64,000 bases of DNA from Bacteroidales bacterium (GTDB lineage: Bacteria > Bacteroidota > Bacteroidia > Bacteroidales > VadinHA17): positions 1 through 64,000 of the forward strand of contig JALVJE010000138.1 of assembly GCA_027028505.1 (NCBI GenBank), written 5' to 3'. A model generated the notes under the pieces. The model saw only the letters and a program-made list of their open reading frames with translations, did not search any database and was not told the origin of the DNA. The number at the start of each line of letters is the position of its first letter. The first letter of the stretch is position 1. Below, piece after piece: positions 45,186 through 54,130 of the stretch. A program made the translations under genes and the position numbers.

Positions 45186-47318
45186 ATGAGACATCTGTCC
45201 TTCCTCTTTCTGAGTCTCCTGCTCCTCGCCTTCTCCTCCTGCACATTCCACAATTCTTACTCAGGAGTTGTTTTTGAAACGGTAGGAGAAGAACCCGTCC
45301 TGCACTATGCCACAAGCGAGCTGAAGTATTTTCTGAAAAAGACCGGGTTCCCCCGCAGCATACCTTACAAACAGGCGACCTTCCGCATCGCTTCCGATCC
45401 TTCCCTGCCGGAGGGCGCTTTTGCCATACACACCTCGCTCAGGGCCGGAAAATACTTCGTCAACCTCACAGGCCATGCGCCGGAAGATGCGCTGGACGCC
45501 GTATACACTTACCTGGAGAAGGGAGGATATCTCTTTGACTTCACCGGGCCCGTGGCTCCCGGGGAATTCGACTGGAAAGCAGTGCGGAGATACAGGGAAA
45601 AGATCGTACCGGCGGTGCGGTGGCGCGGCATCCGCGAGCATCTCAACTTCCCCATGGACCTCTCCGCCTGGCCGGTGGAGCAGGCCAAGGAGTACATCCG
45701 CAACCTGGCGAGGATGCGTTTCAATGCCGTCACCTTCCACAGCTATCCGGGACAATGGTATGAGGTGCGGCGCCGGGACACGGTGGAGTATGCCGGGCAT
45801 TTTTTTTACGGTGATGTGCACACCGTCCCGGATTACCCTGCCATCCGTAAGATCGCCATCAACAAAAGATATTTCTGCATCCCGGAGATAGAGCCTTATT
45901 TTGAAAATATGCCGGAGCGCAGCCGTCTGGCCGTCGAGTGGCTGGAGGATGTGATCGCCGAGGCGAAGCACTGCGGCCTGAAGGTACGTTTCTCCTTCGA
46001 GCCGCGCGATGCCTCCACCGACCTGCGCCACTCGGTGGAGACGGTGAAGGCAATCCTGAAAGAGTATCCCGGCATCGACGAGCTGGAGTTCATCACCGAG
46101 GAGGCCGGGGGCTGGGGACCCCGGACCACCCGCACGGCAACGGAGCAGGTCATCCGCGAGCATTTCGGTGAGGCCTTGCTGCACGACAGCATCGTCATGG
46201 CACCGGTGCGGGAGGAGCAGTCGGACCTGGCCTATATCTACGGACAGATCGGTCATGATGTGGCGTTGATACGTTACCTGCGTGAGCAGAAGATCGTTCC
46301 GGACCGGCTGGGACTGGTGCTGGGCATCTATGTGGTCATCCCGGAATATGCACGGCCTGCCTTCTACCTGGCCCGCCGTTACGCCCCCGCCGGCACACAG
46401 ATCTCCCTCATGCCGGGCCATCATAGCCTGCGCGTGCAGCGTAACACGGCGAAAGTGCTGCGCGATAGTAGCGACTGGCAGCGGGCTATCATCTACTCAT
46501 GGATCGAGTTCGACGGCATGATGTATGTGCAGCAGAACGGCATAAGCGGCATCCGGAGCATCGTGCAGCAGGCAACGGCCCGTACGCCGGGCGGGCAGGC
46601 CCATGCCATCCTCTACAACCACTGGCGCATGGCCGAGAACAGGATCACCGCCCGTTATGCCGCAGTCTCCGGCGTGTATGGGCCGGTAGCGGAGGAGCAG
46701 TACTACCGCGACTATGCCGGCAGGATGGGCATACGGCCGGCGGAGGCTTTCGCAAAGGCAATGGCCCTGCTCGACACGGCCGACCTCACCGGCATGCGCA
46801 ACGTGGGTGGCTTTGCCTTCTGCTGGGTGGGGCGGTGGCGTAACGGCGGGCCCGTCCCGGCCTACGCGGAGGAGAAACTGCGGAGGACACGCCAGGCCTA
46901 CGAGAGCGTGCTGGAAGAACTGAAAAAATGTAATGACCAGACCACCCGACCTGAAGGACGTGACCTGCTGGCTTTCCTCGACAACCGCATACGCACGACC
47001 GTGATCTATATCAAAGCCTTCGAGAAAGGCAGGGAACTGCGCCGTTTCGACACAAAGAGTCCGCTCTCACCGGAGGATAAGAAGGCGTATGTGGAGATCT
47101 GCAACGAGTCGCTGGGCCTTTTCGAACAGTATATCGACCTGTATGCCGAAGAGAATGCCGACCGCGGCTGTGCCGGCACACTGGTGAGCCTGTGGCACAG
47201 CCCCATGCACGGGGTCAGGGTGTACCGCGAACGCTACGGCGGTGTGCCATTGACGGACAAAGTACCTCCCAACACCGCCATCGACGCCCCGCCCCTGCCG
47301 GTGATCAGGAAGGAATAG
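45186..47318 (+). CDS. Hypothetical lipoprotein, probable glycoside-hydrolase-like (TIM-barrel) enzyme
   Basis: Lipoprotein signal MRHLSFLFLSLLLLAFSSC. 710 aa. Context among glycan-degrading genes. A family guess (DUF4838-like) is not verifiable here. Confidence 0.45.
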   Translation: MRHLSFLFLSLLLLAFSSCTFHNSYSGVVFETVGEEPVLHYATSELKYFLKKTGFPRSIPYKQATFRIASDPSLPEGAFAIHTSLRAGKYFVNLTGHAPEDALDAVYTYLEKGGYLFDFTGPVAPGEFDWKAVRRYREKIVPAVRWRGIREHLNFPMDLSAWPVEQAKEYIRNLARMRFNAVTFHSYPGQWYEVRRRDTVEYAGHFFYGDVHTVPDYPAIRKIAINKRYFCIPEIEPYFENMPERSRLAVEWLEDVIAEAKHCGLKVRFSFEPRDASTDLRHSVETVKAILKEYPGIDELEFITEEAGGWGPRTTRTATEQVIREHFGEALLHDSIVMAPVREEQSDLAYIYGQIGHDVALIRYLREQKIVPDRLGLVLGIYVVIPEYARPAFYLARRYAPAGTQISLMPGHHSLRVQRNTAKVLRDSSDWQRAIIYSWIEFDGMMYVQQNGISGIRSIVQQATARTPGGQAHAILYNHWRMAENRITARYAAVSGVYGPVAEEQYYRDYAGRMGIRPAEAFAKAMALLDTADLTGMRNVGGFAFCWVGRWRNGGPVPAYAEEKLRRTRQAYESVLEELKKCNDQTTRPEGRDLLAFLDNRIRTTVIYIKAFEKGRELRRFDTKSPLSPEDKKAYVEICNESLGLFEQYIDLYAEENADRGCAGTLVSLWHSPMHGVRVYRERYGGVPLTDKVPPNTAIDAPPLPVIRKE

Positions 47319-47324
47319 GAGATC

Positions 47325-47546
47325 GGTTCGTGGTTGGTGGTCCCGCAGTTCCCGGGATCTTTGATCCCGTTGGAACTGCGAGGATCCTCGAAATTGTAAC
47401 GAAATCGAAGATTTCGACAATTTCGGGATTCGTGGTTCGTGGTTCGTGGTTGGTAGTTCATCGATCATACTTCATCATCTTCGAGCTTCAAGCTTCGAGC
47501 ATCGAGCTTTCTTTTGCCTTTTTACTTTTTACTTTTGCCTTTTTAC
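47325..47546. repeat. Short-word tandem repeat array (ttcgtgg, cttcgagc, ttttact modules) between convergent genes
   Basis: ttcgtggttcgtggttcgtggttgg; cttcgagcttcaagcttcgagcatcgagc; gcctttttactttttacttttgcctttttactt. Confidence 0.55.
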
Positions 47547-48890
47547 TTATACCCTCGGTTCCCATCCCGGCTCATACGTGCGGCCCCAGAGCTTCATGGC
47601 CTCTTTTTCTTTGATATGACCGTTGGAGGGGTCAATCTTCAGGCGTTTGCCGGTACGGTAGGCGATGTTGGCCAGGTGGCACAGGAGTGTGCTCTTTCCT
47701 CCCTCATCGATGGGCGAGTCGAGCGTTGCCTTACCCCGGATGGTGTCGAAGAAGTTCTCTATGTGGAGGGTCGTGAGTCCGCCGCCCCCACCGAGGGCCG
47801 TGCCGGCCTCCTGAAAGGAGGACCTGCTGTCGCGCACCAGCTTGCCTTTGCGGTCGTAGAGCCGGTATCCACCCCGGTCCACATACACGGTCCCTTCGCT
47901 GCCATAGATGATGGTGCCGCGACCGCTGCCGTAGGTGGCATAGCCGTTGCGACTCTTGCCGTCCCATTTGATGGTGAGGCCATCGCCAAAACGGAAGGTA
48001 GCATCCATGGTGTCGTACATCGTCCAGCCGTCATCGACGAAGTGGTACTTGCCGGCAACCACCTCCACCTCTAGAGGATAATCCACCTGCAGGGCCCAGC
48101 GGGCGATGTCCAGTTCGTGGGTGGCGTTGTTGCCCGTCTCGGCCGTACCGAATTTCCAGCCGTACCAGTGCCAGTTGTAATCAAACACGTTATCCACATA
48201 CTGACCGTGGGGGGCGGGACCCTGGAAGAGATCCCAGTCGAGACCTGCGGGCGGGTCGGCCGGCACGGGGTTCTTCACCCGTCCCCGGGCATTGGTATAG
48301 AAAGCCACGGCCAGGTAAGGCTTGCCGATGACCCCGTCGTGGATCTCCTTAATGATCTGTTTGGACTCCGGGGAGGAGCGTTGCTGGTTGCCCATCTGGA
48401 CTACGCGGGGGAACTTTTTCAGATAATCCAGCAACACCTCGCTCTCACGCGGGTTATGGGTCAGCGGTTTCTCCACATACACATGCTTGCCGGCCTCCAT
48501 GGCCGTCCAAGTGGCAGGGGCATGCCAGTGGTCGGGGATGGCAAAGAACATCGCATCCACATGCTTGTCATCGAGGGCTTTGAAGAAATCATTCAATAGT
48601 TTCGGCGTATAGCCCACCTGTTCGGTAAACTTTTTTGCCCCGTTCTCGCGACGCGACTTCATCACGTCGGCGATGTAAGCCACGGTCACGTTGTCCTTGT
48701 TCTTTGCCATGGCCTCCAGGTAGCCGGGGAAACGCCGGCCGGCGCCCACCAGGGCTATCGTCAGGCGGTCGCTGGCACCGATGATCCTTTTATAGCTGGC
48801 GGCCGGAAAGGCCATGCCTCCCAGACTGAAGGCAGCAGCCCCCAGGGCTGTCTTTTTTACAAAATCACGACGGGAAGTTTTTTCGTTCAT
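47547..48890 (-). CDS. TAT-exported Gfo/Idh/MocA-family NAD-dependent oxidoreductase (GH109-like)
   Basis: Twin-arginine signal MNEKTSRRDFVKKTALGAAAFSLGG. Rossmann motif LTIALVGAGRR. The Gfo/Idh/MocA C-terminal domain is recognisable. Confidence 0.8.
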   Translation of the reverse strand: MNEKTSRRDFVKKTALGAAAFSLGGMAFPAASYKRIIGASDRLTIALVGAGRRFPGYLEAMAKNKDNVTVAYIADVMKSRRENGAKKFTEQVGYTPKLLNDFFKALDDKHVDAMFFAIPDHWHAPATWTAMEAGKHVYVEKPLTHNPRESEVLLDYLKKFPRVVQMGNQQRSSPESKQIIKEIHDGVIGKPYLAVAFYTNARGRVKNPVPADPPAGLDWDLFQGPAPHGQYVDNVFDYNWHWYGWKFGTAETGNNATHELDIARWALQVDYPLEVEVVAGKYHFVDDGWTMYDTMDATFRFGDGLTIKWDGKSRNGYATYGSGRGTIIYGSEGTVYVDRGGYRLYDRKGKLVRDSRSSFQEAGTALGGGGGLTTLHIENFFDTIRGKATLDSPIDEGGKSTLLCHLANIAYRTGKRLKIDPSNGHIKEKEAMKLWGRTYEPGWEPRV

Positions 48891-48978
48891 AAGAGTTTGG
48901 AGTTAACGAGTTGCGAGTATCGAGTTCAAATACAGTAGTCATACAATGGTCATTCGGTGGTCATACATTTGTCATTAG

Positions 48979-49083
48979 GCTGCTTCGCAGCCGAAATTAG
49001 TTCGCTATGCTCACGTAATTAGCTCACTTCGTTCGCGAAATTTACTCGCTAACGCTCGTGTAATTATGTAGCAATTAAGTAGC
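48979..49083 (+). repeat. Dispersed intergenic REP/MITE-like element, copy C
   Basis: ggctgcttcgcagccGAAATTAGTTCGCTATGCTCACGTAATTAGCTCACTTCGTTCGCGAAATTTACTCGCTAACGCTCGTGTAATTA matches copies A and B. It is preceded by a gagttaacgagttgcgagtatcgagtt word array, as copy A is. Confidence 0.55.
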
Positions 49084-49151
49084 CCTCCATCAATCATCTC
49101 GTGGTCATCCCTGAAACATGAAACATGAAACATGGAACCTGGAACTTTTTA

Positions 49152-50546
49152 TTATAGTTCGCCACAATTATTCAATTCCAGGATCTTGATATTCTTGAAT
49201 GACACCTCATTCCCATGGTCCTGGAGGAGGATATGTCCTTCCCTGGCTTCGCCGAAGTGGGGCCACACATGGTATTTGCTGCGGGCCACCAGGGCTCTCC
49301 ACATCTGCCCGCAGCGGTCATACTCCACCACCTTGATGTTGTTCAGCCAGTGTTCCACATGGCATCCTCTCACCACGATGCGGGCGCGGTACCAGCCGTT
49401 CACCGTCTGCCGGGTATAACCCTGCAGTTGTTGGGTGGCGGCCTGTGCGGGTATCAGGTCATACAACGAGGCCAGCGTGCGGTTGCCATTGGTGCCTTTT
49501 TTAGCGTCGGGATGATTCTTGTTGTCCAGGATCTGGAACTCACACCCAATGGCCGAACCAGCCCCCTTGTTCAGGTTGGGATCCACAAAATACTTGATAC
49601 CGCTGTTGGCTCCCTTGGTGATCTTAAAGTCCACCTGCAGGACAAAGTTGCGGTAGGTTCTGTCAGTGATGATGTCACCGCCGTTTTCCGACTCGCCGCC
49701 GTTGCCTTCCAGCACCGTCAGGATACCGTCTTTGATCTGCCATCCTTTGTCCGGAAAATGATCCAGCTTTGCGCCTCTCCAACCGTTGGTGGTTTTGCCG
49801 TCCCACAGGAGTTTCCAGCCTTCGGCAACCTCCTCAGGGGTCAGCTTATTATCGAGATAGCTGATCACCGGCACATCCGGATCGGGCGCCCAGCGGGCCG
49901 TATCGAGGCCGGTGGTCAGGATGCGTATGTTCTTCCAGCGGATCTTCTTCCCTGCCAGGGCCTTGTTTTGGCCGATGTTATGCACCTGCAGGCCGATGAA
50001 CCCGGAGGAGGTCATCGTATCCACCAGGTTGGCACACATCACCCCGTTGATCCAGGTGCGAATCTCATCGCCGATGGCCTCCACATGAAAATGGTTCCAC
50101 TGCCCCATATGAAAAGCATCTTTCCCTTTGGGGTTACGCTCCAGGTTGTAGAGCCATCCGCGCCGGGCCTCGTCATAGATGCCTCCCGACCAGCGGCGCA
50201 GCGAGGGATCTATCTCCACCTGGTAGCCATGCACCCGGCCGTTCATGTAATCCTTGCTGCTCTCGCTGCGGATCTGAACCCCCGAGTTGAAGGCCGGCTC
50301 CAGCAACACATCATACTCCAGGATAAAATCACCGAAATGCTTTTTGGTGCAGAGGAAGCTGTTGGGCGAACCCATGACGGTCTCTCCGATGAGCATACCG
50401 TCCTCCATGTAGTACTTTGCCGTACCGTTCAGTTGCTCCCACCCATTCAGGTTCTTGCCATTGAAAAGATATTGCCAGCCATCCTGCGCTGACAAGAGGG
50501 AGACGGAGAGAAAGAGAAGAGCCGGGAAGAAGAGAAGTTTTTTCAT
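49152..50546 (-). CDS. Secreted protein with two tandem DUF1080 (3-keto-disaccharide hydrolase-like, LamG fold) domains
   Basis: Signal peptide [21 protein letters not shown] then [16 protein letters not shown].. and a second [15 protein letters not shown].. repeat. Start set to the internal Met. The ORF-track start is 50576. Confidence 0.75.
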   Translation of the reverse strand: MKKLLFFPALLFLSVSLLSAQDGWQYLFNGKNLNGWEQLNGTAKYYMEDGMLIGETVMGSPNSFLCTKKHFGDFILEYDVLLEPAFNSGVQIRSESSKDYMNGRVHGYQVEIDPSLRRWSGGIYDEARRGWLYNLERNPKGKDAFHMGQWNHFHVEAIGDEIRTWINGVMCANLVDTMTSSGFIGLQVHNIGQNKALAGKKIRWKNIRILTTGLDTARWAPDPDVPVISYLDNKLTPEEVAEGWKLLWDGKTTNGWRGAKLDHFPDKGWQIKDGILTVLEGNGGESENGGDIITDRTYRNFVLQVDFKITKGANSGIKYFVDPNLNKGAGSAIGCEFQILDNKNHPDAKKGTNGNRTLASLYDLIPAQAATQQLQGYTRQTVNGWYRARIVVRGCHVEHWLNNIKVVEYDRCGQMWRALVARSKYHVWPHFGEAREGHILLQDHGNEVSFKNIKILELNNCGEL

Positions 50547-50559
50547 GGGAGTAAAGTTT

Positions 50560-50625
50560 ATTAGTTCAGAGTTCACAGTTCACAGTTCACAGTTCTTAGT
50601 TCACAGTTCAGAGTTCAGAGTTATC
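50560..50625. repeat. Tandem heptamer repeat (agttcac/agttcag)
   Basis: agttcagagttcacagttcacagttcacagttcttagttcacagttcagagttcagagtt. Confidence 0.65.
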
Positions 50626-51076
50626 AAGGATCATAACATCGATGTGAAAAACAAAAATACAAGAATAAATTCTTTTGTGGTCTTCAAAGGCGGGCAAATT
50701 TGTGTAAAACAGAAAAATTATCCGGACAGAATGGATTTGTTCCGCTGAGGTACAGCTTGCCGGGACTGTTCCGGACCCTGCGATGCCACACTCACCCTGT
50801 CCGGATCAGCCGAAGTCCAGGCAAAGCCAAACCTCAAATGCAGCCGGGCTGCATCAAACCTCAAACTTTAACGCCACAAACGCAGTCGCAGGCTGCATCA
50901 AATCCCGTAAAACTGCAAATCTTCGATTTGCATAGTTTTACGAGGATGCTCGCAACTCTATTGGGATCAAAGATCCCCAGAGTTGCGGCACCTCAAACAA
51001 CCCAATGCCTGCACCCCCGCAACCAAAAATATTTTGTTAAATTTGGAATACCAACACCCACTTAACCCACCTCCTC

Positions 51077-51637
51077 ATGGACGAAGGACGACTGCTGCCG
51101 GACGGACAGGGCGGATTTACGTATGAGTACTTTTTAAAGGATCATTTGGGCAACACCCGTGTGAGCTTCACCGACAACAACGGCACGGCCATGCGCACGC
51201 AGGAAGACTCATACTATCCCTACGGCATGCGCCAGGGCGGACTGAGCTACAGCAACGGGGTGGAGAATAAGTACCTGTACAATCCCGAAAGTCTTAGATT
51301 CTCTGAATCTTTAGACTTTCGAGGATCCCCGCCGGCTGACGCCGTTCGAACAGGCTCGAAAAACAACGCAAATCTCCCTGCGCCCCGGCCCGGGGTGCTG
51401 AGATTTGCTGTTTTTCGGGACGGCAAGGAACTCCAGGACGATGACCTGGGTAGGGTGAAGCTGTGGTGGTCCCGACTTGCGTCGAGGATAAGCGATAACC
51501 AGGGTTTTCGCTTCGTCTCCTCCGGAAACTCGCAAAAACCCGGTTCCTGCTTATATGATTATGGGGCGAGGTTTTATGATAGTCAGTTGAGAAGCTGGTT
51601 TGTGATGGATTCAGTAAATGAGGATCAAGATGTTTAA
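51077..51637 (+). pseudogene. Orphan Rhs/YD-repeat core C-terminal fragment 1 (truncated; no toxin domain)
   Basis: GGFTYEYFLKDHLGNTRVSFTDNNG...QEDSYYPYGMRQ...[15 protein letters not shown]...YDYGARFYD is the conserved end of the Rhs repeat-associated core. It stops 18 aa later (..SQLRSWFVMDSVNEDQDV) without the DPxGL/toxin part. Homology to fragment 2 starts abruptly at 51113. Confidence 0.65.
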
Positions 51638-51872
51638 ACAATTATTGATAACAATACTTTTAATCAATTGCAGTTGTGTATACCCGATTAATGTTAGTTT
51701 AAAAAATGACATTAAGAGTATTGAGATACTTCATTTTAGTTTTGCAAATAAGACTTTTACCAAAATATCTGAAAAATCATCCAATCTTATTTTTCAAACT
51801 ACTGTGTTACAAACTGATAGTTGTAATAAATCAATTGAATACATAAGAAAGACTATAACTAATTTCGTTTAA
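51618..51872 (+). CDS. Small AT-rich ORF with lipoprotein-like N-terminus (possible immunity-type protein)
   Basis: 84 aa, MRIKMFKQLLITILLINCSC..., very AT-rich. Positioned immediately after Rhs fragment 1. Confidence 0.25.
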   Translation: MRIKMFKQLLITILLINCSCVYPINVSLKNDIKSIEILHFSFANKTFTKISEKSSNLIFQTTVLQTDSCNKSIEYIRKTITNFV

Positions 51873-52037
51873 AAGGGAAATGAACAAATCTATGAAGATA
51901 GTTTTTTAAATGCGATATCTACTGTTAATATACAACCTGGGAACTGCTTTTTCCCAGCTACTACTGAGGATCTGGCACAACTGTATTTATTAGGTGACAG
52001 TATATTATTAGAGAAAGCAGAATATGATGAAAGAGCA

Positions 52038-52331
52038 ATGAAATTGATTGTTGATTTGTATCTAACTTATGATAATAGTGCTGAGATAGCTGAATACTTT
52101 GGTAATATTATTATCCCCAAAGCTGCTGTAATTAATACTATTTCTTTTATAAAGGTATTATCATCCAAATCAGAAAACGAAGCTAACAATTGTATTAGGA
52201 GATTGAAAATTATAGAGGATACAACTGAAATAGAATCCATTAAATCCGAAATTAATAAATTGGATTGCATGTATAGAAATATAGCAAATAAAATAAATAA
52301 AACAATTTTTAATGGATTACACCCTCACTAG
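52038..52331 (+). CDS. Small AT-rich hypothetical ORF
   Basis: 97 aa in the AT-rich insert. No family recognised. Confidence 0.25.
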   Translation: MKLIVDLYLTYDNSAEIAEYFGNIIIPKAAVINTISFIKVLSSKSENEANNCIRRLKIIEDTTEIESIKSEINKLDCMYRNIANKINKTIFNGLHPH

Positions 52332-52424
52332 CCCTATCTGGTAAATTAATCCCTTTTATTTTATATCTGTCCAGTAATGTCGAGTAATCACTGGACAATT
52401 TCATATATTTGCAAAAACATTATT

Positions 52425-53150
52425 ATGAAAACATCTGATGTTGTAAAGAAAAAAGTGGAAAAGTTCCGGGAAGGCTATGTGTTCACCTATACCGATCTAA
52501 ATATGCCACCTGACAAAACAGAAGCGGTTATTAAGGCATTAAACAGGATGGTAAAGAGAAGTGAACTAAGAAAACTTTCCAGGGGCAAATATTACAGGCC
52601 CAGAAAAACTGATTTTGGTGAGTTGGAACCGGAAACCTACCAGATAGTGAAAGACCTGCTTGAAAAAGATGGCAGACCTGTCGGTTATCTGACCGGTTTT
52701 TCGGTATTCAATAAACTGGGTCTTACAACACAGGTATCCAACACCATACAAATCGGGATAAATACCGAGAAAAAAAACATAAGAAGAGGAATGTACAGGA
52801 TTCGTTTCATTCGTCAGAAAAACCCTGTCAATAAAAAGAATATCCCTTTGCTTCAGATCCTTGATAGTATCAGGTATATCAAGAATATACCGGATACTTC
52901 AATAGATGATTCGTGCAGGCGGATATCAGATATCATTAAAAGAATGACACCCGACGATTTAAAATTACTTGTCAGACTTGCTTTGAACTATCCGCCTTCG
53001 ACAAGAGCCCTGACAGGTGCGATTATTGAGACCGGAATATCAGAAGAGATGGCCAGGCCTTTATGGGAATCTCTGAATTACGTTACACAGTATAAGTACA
53101 ACCTCTCGGAAAAGGTGTTGCCAAACAAAACAAAATGGAGGATCCGATGA
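52425..53150 (+). CDS. AbiEi-like type IV toxin-antitoxin antitoxin / transcriptional regulator
   Basis: Encoded immediately upstream of, and overlapping by 16 nt with, an AbiEii-family nucleotidyltransferase. N-terminal wHTH-like segment (..YVFTYTDL..EAVIKALNRMVKRSELRKLSRGKYY) is as in AbiEi. The alternative upstream start is 52377. Confidence 0.6.
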   Translation: MKTSDVVKKKVEKFREGYVFTYTDLNMPPDKTEAVIKALNRMVKRSELRKLSRGKYYRPRKTDFGELEPETYQIVKDLLEKDGRPVGYLTGFSVFNKLGLTTQVSNTIQIGINTEKKNIRRGMYRIRFIRQKNPVNKKNIPLLQILDSIRYIKNIPDTSIDDSCRRISDIIKRMTPDDLKLLVRLALNYPPSTRALTGAIIETGISEEMARPLWESLNYVTQYKYNLSEKVLPNKTKWRIR

Positions 53151-54109
53151 CATTACATGATGACGAAAAAGTTTTTCGTGAACTTATAGAAGCTACAAGT
53201 CAATGGAAAGGCATTCATCCGGTCATCGTTGAAAAGGATTATCGCATTACACAAATACTGGAAAACCTGTCTTCGGGAATCTTTGATGATATGGTAGTTT
53301 TTAAGGGTGGTACATCTTTATCAAAAGGATACCGGTTAATTGAAAGGTTCTCAGAGGATGTGGATATTGCCGTACTTACCACTCCGGATATAACAGGGAA
53401 CCGGGTCAAAACCCTGATCAGGAATATTGAAAGATCGATGGTTCCGGATTTCCGGGAAGTGCATGTGAATGAAATTACCAGTAAAGGATCCCGTTTTCGC
53501 AGATCCGTTTATGAACTTCCGTTAATATTCCAGGAAAAAACAGGCGGCATTGTTCCAGGTAATATTGTCCTTGAGATCAATTCTTTTGCCAATCCGTTTC
53601 CATATCATAAAACAGGCATTCAAAGCTTTATTACAGATTTCCTGACACATATCCGAAGACAAGATTATATTGAAAAATACGGTTTGTACCCTTTTCCCAT
53701 TAATATACTGGACAAGACCCGTACACTGGTCGAGAAACTGGTCTCCCTTGTACGCTTTTCTCTCGCAGGTGATCCTGTTGATTCATTATCCGGTAAGATC
53801 CGGCATTTTTATGATATATATTATCTGATGAAAGATGATACGTGTATATCATTTGTTGATTCGGATGAGTTTAAAAAGATATTTTGGGAGACACTGGATC
53901 ATGACAGGGAAATATTCGATGAACCTCAGGGATGGAATAAAAAGGATATTGAAGAATCAGTTTTGTTTTATAAATTTGATCAAATTTGGTCAACTCTTAA
54001 ACAGGTATATAACAGGGAATTATCTATGTTGGCTTTCTCAGAAATACCGGATGAAAATAAAATTTCAGAAAATTTCAAAAAGTTAATCTCATTAATAAAC
54101 CCGGGTTGA
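53135..54109 (+). CDS. AbiEii/AbiGii-family nucleotidyltransferase toxin (type IV TA / abortive infection)
   Basis: VVFKGGTSLSKGYRLIERFSEDVDIAV matches the AbiEii signature (GGTAL...RFSEDiD). About 324 aa. Confidence 0.75.
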   Translation: MEDPMTLHDDEKVFRELIEATSQWKGIHPVIVEKDYRITQILENLSSGIFDDMVVFKGGTSLSKGYRLIERFSEDVDIAVLTTPDITGNRVKTLIRNIERSMVPDFREVHVNEITSKGSRFRRSVYELPLIFQEKTGGIVPGNIVLEINSFANPFPYHKTGIQSFITDFLTHIRRQDYIEKYGLYPFPINILDKTRTLVEKLVSLVRFSLAGDPVDSLSGKIRHFYDIYYLMKDDTCISFVDSDEFKKIFWETLDHDREIFDEPQGWNKKDIEESVLFYKFDQIWSTLKQVYNRELSMLAFSEIPDENKISENFKKLISLINPG

Positions 54110-54130
54110 CAAAAGAGATAGTATTTTTTC

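Noticed and set aside
43751-45253. 500-aa minus-strand ORF
   Set aside because: Antisense to the SGNH/alpha-beta-hydrolase esterase gene, which has clear GDS(I) and lipoprotein signal support.
45261-46424. 387-aa minus-strand ORF
   Set aside because: Antisense to the 710-aa lipoprotein gene. The plus-strand gene has a lipoprotein signal and lies in a consistent operon context.
49215-50492. 425-aa plus-strand ORF
   Set aside because: Antisense to the double-DUF1080 gene.
50700-51065. 121-aa plus-strand ORF upstream of the Rhs fragment
   Set aside because: Pro/Gln/Thr-rich low-complexity translation of a hairpin- and word-repeat-rich region. No start context or domain features. Treated as non-coding.
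51311-51535. 74-aa minus-strand ORF inside Rhs fragment 1, duplicated at 54404-54628
   Set aside because: Its 'conservation' between the two loci merely reflects the ~97% DNA identity of the duplicated Rhs core fragments. It is antisense to the Rhs reading frame and has no independent support.
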